Assembly: GCA_964446015.1 (NCBI GenBank)
Contig: CAYUMT010000002.1
Location: 1-49,238, forward strand
Reading direction: 5' to 3'
DNA: 49,238 bases
DNA from: Candidatus Hadarchaeota archaeon
Lineage (GTDB): Archaea; Hadarchaeota; Hadarchaeia; Hadarchaeales; Hadarchaeaceae
The number at the start of each line of letters is the position of its first letter. Position 1 is the stretch's first letter. The notes beneath the pieces were generated by a model. That model did no database searches. It was not told the DNA's origin and saw only the letters and a program-made list of their open reading frames with translations. The translations under genes were made by a program, and so were the position numbers. This document shows positions 42,231 to 49,238 of this stretch, piece after piece.

Positions 42231-42812
42231 ATGAGAAAGATTATTCTGTGTCTCAGTTTTGCCGTTCTATTGGCCCTTCTCGCCAGCTCCATGGCATCGG
42301 CCACGGTGATGGCCCCGTCGGCTTCCGGCGGCGGATGGTTCTACTCCAAGGGCTACCGAAACAACTTTGGCTTCGCCGTCAACCACGGGAACCACAACCC
42401 TGTGGACAAATGGAACTACGGGCCCAACGGCTCTCTGGAATACATCGGCAGGGACTACATGGGTGGCACCGGCATCGTCAAAGTTAGGAGCCATCACGTC
42501 TGGCGGTTCCAGATACGCCCACCTGTCCCCAATGAGAAGAAGGCGGTCTTGGAAGGAGTAGCCTACGTGGATCGAGGCATGGGGTGGGAGAAAGGCTGGT
42601 GGTTCCATGCGGTGGTCTACGATAGGGGCGAGCCCGGCAACATGGATGAGCTCCACATCTCGCTCTGGGAACCAACCGGTCACACGCAACCGGGAGGCTG
42701 GTCGCCCGGTCTCTTCGACCCGACCAATCCCAGCACCCTGATGCTGAACCCAAAGGCGTACTACCACTCGGCCGGCATGCTTATGGGCGGCAACATACAA
42801 ATCTCTCCATAA
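42231..42812 (+). CDS. Secreted beta-rich protein encoded by a GC-rich, compositionally foreign gene
   Basis: Signal peptide MRKIILCLSFAVLLALLASSMASA. AGGAGG lies 7 nt upstream of the ATG. The VVYDRGEPGNMDELHISLW ... GGNIQI motifs resemble a bacterial secreted-protein family I cannot name with confidence. All other frames are open here because of the high GC. Confidence 0.7.
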   Translation: MRKIILCLSFAVLLALLASSMASATVMAPSASGGGWFYSKGYRNNFGFAVNHGNHNPVDKWNYGPNGSLEYIGRDYMGGTGIVKVRSHHVWRFQIRPPVPNEKKAVLEGVAYVDRGMGWEKGWWFHAVVYDRGEPGNMDELHISLWEPTGHTQPGGWSPGLFDPTNPSTLMLNPKAYYHSAGMLMGGNIQISP

Positions 42813-43014
42813 GTTAGAGGAAGCTGAGACTAAAGCTTGCCCCAGACCCGACGCAACCAGTTAAAAAACTTTTACGAAAAATCTAATTTATATTGCTAGA
42901 CTGAAATGTGGAAGTTAAAGCTAACAAAGTGGTTCCCTTTCCACCCCTAAAAAATATTCTATAAAACAATCAACACGTGTATAACTTAAGTACTCTAAAG
43001 TAAACCTCTAGGGG

Positions 43015-43293
43015 ATGGGCATGATAGAATTGTCTGGAATCGTCGTAATATTGGTAGTTCTAGGATTGCTCCTTGGGATTATTACCGCATTGATAGCTTG
43101 GAAGAGGAAGAAGGAAGGAAAATATAAGGAGACGGATCATAGAGCTTTTTTCACAATGGGAATCTCTTTCTTACCTTTAGGGATAGTAATGTCGATAACA
43201 ATAGGAAATCCAGGGATGTTGGGGATAACTGCCATAGGAATTGTATATATGATAATGGGTTTGGCAAATAGAGATAAATGGAAGAAGAAATGA
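43015..43293 (+). CDS. Small membrane protein (3 TM)
   Basis: 92 aa with hydrophobic helices and KRKKEGKYK and KWKKK positive patches. Confidence 0.5.
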   Translation: MGMIELSGIVVILVVLGLLLGIITALIAWKRKKEGKYKETDHRAFFTMGISFLPLGIVMSITIGNPGMLGITAIGIVYMIMGLANRDKWKKK

Positions 43294-43372
43294 TAGTGTC
43301 ATATTGTTGAAAAAATAATCGCGTTTAGATCGTGAAAAGTGATTTGCCTGATAGGTGTGAGATGGTGATCCG

Positions 43373-44785
43373 ATGGGCGATGAAGGACAGAATGTCATTC
43401 CCGGTTCAAAATCGTTAGAGATGAGAACGGAGGGCGTTAATACCATTCTCGGGGAGCCTAAGAAAGCCATCGTCAAACTCGCGTTGCCGATTATAGTGGC
43501 CATGTCGATGTACACGCTTTATAATCTGGTCGATGCGATTTGGGTTTCAGGTCTAGGCGCTGATGCACTCGCCGCGATCGGCTTCGTCTTTCCCCTTTTC
43601 TTCATGGCAATCGCGTTTTCAACTGGCCTTGGTGTGGGCTCCGGATCTGCAATATCGCGTAAAATTGGCGCGATGGATAAGGCTGGCGCAGATAGCGTGG
43701 CCGTCCATTCAATAGTAATAGTTCTGTTATCCACAGTTGTTTTTTCCGTCCCGCTTTTCATCTTCGCTGAAAACATCTTCATGCTGTTGGGGGCCGGTAG
43801 GATAGTGAATATGGTCACGGCATATGGAAGTATAATCTTCGCTGGTTCCATATTCATCTTTTTCACAAACATGGTTAACTCGATACTTCGGGGGGAGGGC
43901 GACGTTAAGAGATCGATGTACGCCATAACTCTGGGATCTTTTCTAAACATAGTGCTGGACCCCATTTTTATTTACACGTTCGACATGGGGGTCGCAGGCG
44001 CCGCTTGGGCGACCGTGTTGTCCTTGGTCGTCACGAGCGTCATAATGGTTTACTGGCTGTTTCTGAGGAGGAACACTTACGTTTCGTTTAAATTCAGGGG
44101 TTTCAAGTTCAACAGGAGAATCGTCAGGGAGATTTTTGGGGTAGGGTTGCCAGCTTCGATGGCTCAGGTCTCCATGTCCCTGTCGATTTTGATAACAAAT
44201 TTTATAATTGTGTTGGTAGCGGCGGGGGGTACCGATGGCGTGGCGGTATATACTACCGGGTGGCGCGTGGCGAACATTGCCATATTGCCGTTGTTGGGCA
44301 TCGCTACTGCCGTTGTAACAGTGAGCGGGGCCGCATTTGGTGAAAGGTCATTTGAGAAGTTAAATATTTCCCACACCTACTCGGTAAAGATCGGTTTTAT
44401 AATCGAAACAGCGATAGCGGCAGCGACCTTCATCTTTGCCCCCCAGATAGCGGCCATTTTTACACAATCCGAACTGTCGGCGCATCTCGCACCCAGTTTA
44501 ATATTTTTCCTCAGGATAATGTGTATTTTTTATCCAGCGGTTTCGCTTGGGATGCTTTCCTCCTCAGTTTTTCAGGGAACCAGAAAGGGAGTAAATGCCC
44601 TAATTGTAACGGCTCTAAGGACCCTTATACTAACCCCAATATTTGCGGTCGTTTTTGCACTCGGCTTAAACTTGGGGCTTATTGGAGTTTGGGCAGGAGT
44701 GGTTGCCGCAAATATAATTGGTTCAATTTTAGCATTCTCTTGGGCAAGGTTTTACATAACCAATCTTACAAATTTAAAAGTTTAG
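43373..44785 (+). CDS. MATE family efflux transporter
   Basis: 12 TM helices with the typical MATE opening (ILGEPKKAIVKLALPIIVAMSMYTLYNLVDAIWVSGLG) and a repeated half-structure. Confidence 0.85.
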   Translation: MGDEGQNVIPGSKSLEMRTEGVNTILGEPKKAIVKLALPIIVAMSMYTLYNLVDAIWVSGLGADALAAIGFVFPLFFMAIAFSTGLGVGSGSAISRKIGAMDKAGADSVAVHSIVIVLLSTVVFSVPLFIFAENIFMLLGAGRIVNMVTAYGSIIFAGSIFIFFTNMVNSILRGEGDVKRSMYAITLGSFLNIVLDPIFIYTFDMGVAGAAWATVLSLVVTSVIMVYWLFLRRNTYVSFKFRGFKFNRRIVREIFGVGLPASMAQVSMSLSILITNFIIVLVAAGGTDGVAVYTTGWRVANIAILPLLGIATAVVTVSGAAFGERSFEKLNISHTYSVKIGFIIETAIAAATFIFAPQIAAIFTQSELSAHLAPSLIFFLRIMCIFYPAVSLGMLSSSVFQGTRKGVNALIVTALRTLILTPIFAVVFALGLNLGLIGVWAGVVAANIIGSILAFSWARFYITNLTNLKV

Positions 44786-44846
44786 CCGGTGAACTGCAGA
44801 TATCTTATCCCAACCCACTTTACACATATTTACCCGATAGAAACAG

Positions 44847-45707
44847 CTACTCCGATTCCTTGCGTTTTTCAAACAATGGGTTCAGCAAGTCTTCGACAAG
44901 GATTTTCGTAGCTTCTTCCACATTTTTGGACGTGTCGCTAGTCGTAGCCTTAGGAAATTTCAGCATAACTTTCAATAAGTTTACTAGGATTTTTTCTGGT
45001 AAGTAGGAAAGTTCGGCCTTCACCCAACTGATTATCTCAGATTCCTCGACCCTTGAAAACAATGCAGCTGCACAGGCTAACTCCTTCAACCGTCCTACTA
45101 AGCATAAAGCCATACCCAAAGGATTTCCCTCAGCAATTTGCCATACGGTCAGGTCTTCTTTTGTTGTAGAGAGCAAGAACCTTGAGTAAGCTACCTGATC
45201 ATCGAAGTACGCCTTGTCCAATAGTAGCCTCGTGACCTCGAAGTCCTTTACAGCGGTGGAGATAAGATACAGTAGGTCAAAAGAGAAATTTTTTGTAAAG
45301 GCAAACTTATCCAATGCTTCAGCTAGAGGTTGAGGGGTCGAGAAAATATAATATTCTAAGGAGCCGTGCAAGACCGAATGCCCGGCCTCGTGTCTCAGAA
45401 TGCCGACCCGAACTAGCTCTGGTAGGTCATCCATCCTCTCAAGACAAACCATTATCCTTGAAGTTCCCCGCCAGGCATCATGAGTCGCGAAAAACGATTC
45501 ATCGAAGGGTGCGGAGACAACGCCAACCATAGAACGTTCTCTCGAAAGAAATGCGTTCAGGGCGCGGGAGCTTTTGAATAGGTACAGATCGACCAGCTGC
45601 AGCTCAAGGGGATCTAGCCGCCGGTAGCACTCATCTAGGATTTCAATTATCCTCCCCGCTTTCTTTTCCTCGACATCGCCGAATTTTGATACAATGACCT
45701 TAACCAT
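44847..45707 (-). CDS. Hypothetical protein with HExxH motif (putative metallopeptidase-like)
   Basis: 286 aa, soluble, with ILRHEAGHSVLHG. No family recognised. Confidence 0.5.
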   Translation of the reverse strand: MVKVIVSKFGDVEEKKAGRIIEILDECYRRLDPLELQLVDLYLFKSSRALNAFLSRERSMVGVVSAPFDESFFATHDAWRGTSRIMVCLERMDDLPELVRVGILRHEAGHSVLHGSLEYYIFSTPQPLAEALDKFAFTKNFSFDLLYLISTAVKDFEVTRLLLDKAYFDDQVAYSRFLLSTTKEDLTVWQIAEGNPLGMALCLVGRLKELACAAALFSRVEESEIISWVKAELSYLPEKILVNLLKVMLKFPKATTSDTSKNVEEATKILVEDLLNPLFEKRKESE

Positions 45708-45859
45708 TTATACCACTCTCATCCTCTTTAAGAAAATCAATCTTCATCGGGTTCCCAAATTTTTATTTAACACTTCAAATATTAATCTTCGATTCAAAAT
45801 ATAGCGATTGAGCTTTTCTAACTTTTTATACAGTTGGTTCAAAATAATTAAGGGGGTGA

Positions 45860-46249
45860 ATGAACCACACGATCGTGCGTTTTGATATATCTGCAGATAG
45901 TCCTGGAAAGCTCAAGCGATTCTATGAGAAGATATTTGGATGGAAGATTGAGAAACTCCCAGGATCAATTGAATACTGGATGATCAATACGGTCCCGGTG
46001 GACGAAAAGGGAAACCCTACTGAAATGGGAGTTAATGGGGGGATGGCGAAGAGGCAGCGTCCTGAGGAGAGGATCACCAACTTCATACTCGTGGAGTCCG
46101 TCGATGAGTACATCAAGAAAATAGGAGATGCTGGCGGTAAGGTAATAAGCCCCAAGACGGCAGTGCCTTCGATTTGTTAAATCGCGACGTTCGCGGACCC
46201 GGATGGCAATGTGCTCGGGATATTGGAAGAAAACAAGGAGGCTAAATAA
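45860..46249 (+). pseudogene. VOC/glyoxalase-family gene interrupted by an in-frame TAA (46178..46180)
   Basis: The N-terminal VRFDISADSPGKLKRFYEKIFGWKIE is a VOC beta-alpha-beta-beta-beta opening. The ORF stops at ...AVPSIC*, but the same frame continues IATFADPDGNVLGILEENKEAK*, which is the conserved VOC C-terminal strand (DPxGN). Confidence 0.7.
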
Positions 46250-46343
46250 CCACTTGCTGAACTAGGCCAAAAGTAAATGTGATACAAAGACCATCAGACA
46301 CTTGAATAAGGCAGGTAAGAAACGTCGATTTTCATGTCATAAA

Positions 46344-46766
46344 TTATGGCTCCAGCACGAAGGGATTAAGCACCTCTTTTGATAGCAGGCCTTTATCCAA
46401 TTTTCTCTCCATGGTAAAGCCGTGCAATATTTGTATTACAAGCTCGCAGAAAAAAGCTACCACCCCTTCCACTAGATGACCGGCCTTGACGTTTTTTTCA
46501 TTACCCCCAGCGATATGTAAATGGATTTTCAGCTTGTCTTGGAATCTGCCGATGTTGCCGTTGCCGACGATTTCAAGGTGCTCGGTGAAGTCTCCCTTGT
46601 GGCCCCGTCTATAGATTAGGGTGCCTTTCTTCATCGCGCCGACAGCTGATAATATGACGCCGCTCTTCACCTTCTCCTTGAGACAGACCTTTTCCAAATT
46701 TTCGATCACGCGCTCATCTTCGTCCAATCGAACGACTACGATGTCACCAGCTCGTTTATACTTCAA
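46344..46766 (-). CDS. PPC (DUF296) domain protein
   Basis: 140 aa. VVVRLDEDERVIENLEKVCLKEKVKSGVILSAVGAM ... LEIVGNGNI ... HLHIAGG fits the PPC/DUF296 pattern. Confidence 0.65.
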   Translation of the reverse strand: MKYKRAGDIVVVRLDEDERVIENLEKVCLKEKVKSGVILSAVGAMKKGTLIYRRGHKGDFTEHLEIVGNGNIGRFQDKLKIHLHIAGGNEKNVKAGHLVEGVVAFFCELVIQILHGFTMERKLDKGLLSKEVLNPFVLEP

Positions 46767-47009
46767 TATATCCCCAGATTACACTTGTGTACTCCTACCT
46801 ATAATCCAATCCAACGTCATTTTTACCCCAACTTTTCGCGCTATAAGGGGAGAGGCATAAAGAGGTGTTCCTACTCTCGAATCCTCTGTAATATCTCGTT
46901 TAGATTTATTTCGGGTCAAATAACGACTGTTCATCATTATCTACTTTCCACCATCTAAAAAGGAGGTGCGGTTAGATAAAAACGTAAAGTGTAAAGTTAG
47001 ACCTGGAAT

Positions 47010-48221
47010 TTACTGTATAGTTATAGCTGCCAATAAAAAAACGGTGATTGAAAAGATTGCCCCAATATAAAAAACGCTGCTCGTTCCCCATACGCTAAAA
47101 ATTGTTCCCATTATAATGGGCCCCAAGGTAATTCCTAACAGCAAGAACATTTCATCTAAAGACAAAAATGCAGCGCGTTGTTTTATGGGGGACAATTTTG
47201 TTAAAGTTGTGAGCCGAGCTGAATCATTGATGCCATGTGCAATTCCAAATATTACCATAGGAAGCAGAAGCATCCAAGGGCTAGAAACAAATGGTATAGT
47301 AATCAGAGCCAAAGAATAGAGGATAAAGGCCGCTTTGAAAAGATTTCCTCCCGGGTAGATTTTGGCCAATTTTCCAAATTTTGAGGAAGCAAACGAGGCC
47401 GTCAAAGGCATTATTGAGATAATTAGTCCGATTATAAAAGAAGACGCGCCGAGTGAACGTTCCATCCAGATTGGGAGATAGGTTAAATATGTTCCAGAAA
47501 AGATAATGTAAGTAATAATAGCTATAATAAATATTGCAAGCAGTTGGCTATTTTTCATGCTTAACCAAACATTTTTTAAATATTTCCTTAATTGGCGATC
47601 TTTTTTAGGTTCCGGGTTTTTTAGCGAAAACAGGACTAAAAGTCCAATTGGGATGGCTGTGAAGAAAATAAAAAAAGGAAAGTACCAAGCCAGAGTTCCT
47701 AGTGCTCCGCCGATGAAAGGATAAATTGAATTGCCCAAGTAGGCGATACCAACGTTGTAACCCATGGCCCTGGTGAACTCCTTGCTTGAATAAATATCAC
47801 TTATAACAGTAAAACTGAGGGGAAACAATGAAGCCGCGCCTATCCCCTGTAAAAAACGCAATATCAGTAAAATATTAAAATCACGGGCAAAGGCACAGGC
47901 GCCCCCAGCAATGCCAAATAACATAAGTGATGGGGCAATGATTTTCTTTCTTCCAAAACGATCAGCAAGGACTCCAAGGGCAAGGACTATTATTATCATT
48001 GGGAGGGTAAATGCTGATATAAGTAATCCTACTTCCTGAGTAGATATTTTCAGCTCTTGTACTATCTTTGGAAAAGCCGGAGTAATAATGGCATTTCCCA
48101 TTATAGCTATTAAAGTGATACCAAAAATAATTTGGATATTGGGGTCTCGATATCTCAACCCTAGCCTTTTATTTTTGCTGCTTTTATCCACAGATTTCAT
48201 AGTAAACCTCGCTTTTTTCAA
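47010..48221 (-). CDS. MFS transporter (paralog of 11938..13125)
   Basis: Collinear with the first MFS gene over its whole length: RYRDPNIQIIFGITLIA...ITPAFPKIVQEL...GVLADRFGRKKII...ARDFNILLILRFLQGIGAASLFPL versus RYRDTNLQIIFGISLMA...ITPAFPKIVEEL...GVLGDRFGRKKII...ARDFNLLLILRFFQGIGSASLFPL. Confidence 0.85.
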   Translation of the reverse strand: MKKARFTMKSVDKSSKNKRLGLRYRDPNIQIIFGITLIAIMGNAIITPAFPKIVQELKISTQEVGLLISAFTLPMIIIVLALGVLADRFGRKKIIAPSLMLFGIAGGACAFARDFNILLILRFLQGIGAASLFPLSFTVISDIYSSKEFTRAMGYNVGIAYLGNSIYPFIGGALGTLAWYFPFFIFFTAIPIGLLVLFSLKNPEPKKDRQLRKYLKNVWLSMKNSQLLAIFIIAIITYIIFSGTYLTYLPIWMERSLGASSFIIGLIISIMPLTASFASSKFGKLAKIYPGGNLFKAAFILYSLALITIPFVSSPWMLLLPMVIFGIAHGINDSARLTTLTKLSPIKQRAAFLSLDEMFLLLGITLGPIIMGTIFSVWGTSSVFYIGAIFSITVFLLAAITIQ

Positions 48222-48451
48222 TTTAGCTCATCATTATATATATGTTAAATTTGATTTTTGTTTTAAAGTTTCCCTTTGATTCACTCCTAATTTGTCCCCC
48301 GCCCATTTTCCATAACAATCTGGAAAGAAGAAAATTGATTTCTTATGGCAATCAGCAAACCCTAGTGGCTAAATCAACAAAGATTAAAAGGCCTCAAAGT
48401 AAAAAATAGTGCTTAGGTGGATTTAATAGTCTTGAGATAGAGATAGCTAAG

Positions 48452-48778
48452 ATGACCACAAAAATACTCGCAGATGCCGCCGTTTGCGGATATAAAACCT
48501 TGATTACAGTGAACAGGGAGGGAAATAGGACAAAGGTTAAATTGGACAGTGGTTGCTCCTTCATCAAAAAGTACAACGATGATTTGAACGAGGTAGAGAC
48601 CAAGGATTTGTACAAGATGGCTGATAGTAAAATAATGAAGAAGGCTTCCGATTGTAACGTAAGTGCTACTTGCATCGTGCCAACTGCAATAATGAACGCC
48701 TGCTGGATAGAGAATAGGCTTATGTCGAAAAATTTAGCATTGGGTAAGAAAGAACTGAAGATCATATTTAAGGAATAG
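48452..48778 (+). CDS. Small Cys-containing hypothetical protein
   Basis: 108 aa with a mixed charged composition and 5 Cys. Preferred over the overlapping antisense ORF 48394..48783, which is low-complexity F/L/S-rich. Confidence 0.4.
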   Translation: MTTKILADAAVCGYKTLITVNREGNRTKVKLDSGCSFIKKYNDDLNEVETKDLYKMADSKIMKKASDCNVSATCIVPTAIMNACWIENRLMSKNLALGKKELKIIFKE

Positions 48779-48819
48779 CCCATCGGTTGAAAATTTTGTC
48801 AAAAACGTGGGCCTTTGCC

Positions 48820-49227
48820 TCACCACCAACCCGAACGCCAATAGATTATCCTGAAAATTATCAACGCTGTCATTCCGACCACTAAGGGCAAGATGCCCAA
48901 CCAAGCCCTTTGAACGATCCCTAGGGCGTACATCGGCTCTAGGACGCCGTAAGCCAGTTGCATGAAGGTGAAAAAGGACAGCAGAAGCTTGGCGATTATA
49001 TCCTCGATGGCGTACCAGAGTATGTAAAAAATAGCAGCCGCGCCCAATCCGCCGGCGGAAAATATGAGTATGACATCGATCATGTTCTGTGGAAGTGGCG
49101 TTACGCGAACGAAGCCGTAAACGTTGGCCAGTTCTATACCGTAGAAGACATTTGCCTCATAGTTGAGGGCTCGTGCCATGACCAAGTGAAAAGTTTCATG
49201 TATGACTATGGATAAGCCCAAAAACAC
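48820..49227 (-). CDS. Membrane protein with HExxH (DUF3267-like putative zincin)
   Basis: IVIHETFHLVMARAL followed by three hydrophobic helices. The N-terminus lies at the window edge and may be incomplete. Confidence 0.5.
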   Translation of the reverse strand: MFLGLSIVIHETFHLVMARALNYEANVFYGIELANVYGFVRVTPLPQNMIDVILIFSAGGLGAAAIFYILWYAIEDIIAKLLLSFFTFMQLAYGVLEPMYALGIVQRAWLGILPLVVGMTALIIFRIIYWRSGWW

Positions 49228-49238
49228 TATGAAGAGTA

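Noticed and set aside
42248-42800. Four additional ORFs overlapping the secreted-protein gene in other frames and on the other strand
   Set aside because: They are a by-product of local GC of about 60-67 percent. Only the 42231 frame has a ribosome-binding site, a signal peptide and a protein-like sequence.
46178-46180. Possibility that TAA is a sense codon in this organism
   Set aside because: Several well-defined genes in the window end at TAA where homologs would be expected to end (for example 5309..5311 and 31374..31376). A nonsense mutation or sequencing error is simpler.
48394-48783. 129-aa minus-strand ORF overlapping the 108-aa plus-strand ORF
   Set aside because: The composition is dominated by F/L/S/I with no clear helix boundaries. 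The plus-strand product looks more protein-like, but neither is certain.
1-49238. Search for tRNA, rRNA, CRISPR repeats, integrase or transposase genes and long inverted repeats
   Set aside because: I found no T-loop-like GTTCRANYC in a cloverleaf context, no regularly spaced direct repeats and no recombinase motifs. This is a visual scan only, so tRNAscan-SE, Infernal and a repeat finder should confirm it.

Overview
The window looks like an archaeal chromosomal fragment of about 54 genes. Archaeal markers are NAC, a Trm5/Met-10 methyltransferase, a PUA protein, an Lhr-type helicase, UPF0182 and a stomatin/NfeD pair. I found no rRNA, tRNA, CRISPR array, integrase or transposase by eye.

The left part (about 1.1-30 kb) is GC-rich housekeeping DNA. 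It holds a DNA-repair neighbourhood (Lhr, pyrimidine-dimer glycosylase, 3-methyladenine glycosylase), pabB/pabC, translation and tRNA genes, corA, and a tightly coupled lysine operon (class-III aminotransferase, lysA, lysC, dapA, dapB).

The right part (about 30.7-49 kb) is much more AT-rich and accessory-like, with transporters, small membrane proteins and several HExxH proteins. It contains a five-gene same-strand island at 38.2-42.0 kb: a membrane-anchored transglutaminase-like protein, a CARDB-like protein, a WLM/SprT-like zincin fused to an AN1-type zinc finger, and two unknowns. A single strongly GC-rich secreted-protein gene follows it in an AT-rich background.

The best candidate for an undescribed system is at 2.0-5.3 kb. 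A half-length (638 aa) SMC-like ABC ATPase with no recognisable hinge or zinc hook is translationally coupled to a ScpA-like kleisin and a ScpB/MAGE-like tandem winged-helix (KITE) protein. An uncharacterised gene is transcribed divergently from it, and a frameshifted free-standing LAGLIDADG gene lies next door.

Two genes look disrupted: the LAGLIDADG gene (frameshift near an A6 run) and a VOC/glyoxalase gene (in-frame TAA). All family assignments come from reading motifs by eye, with no database search, and the GC values are hand counts of a few 60-nt lines.
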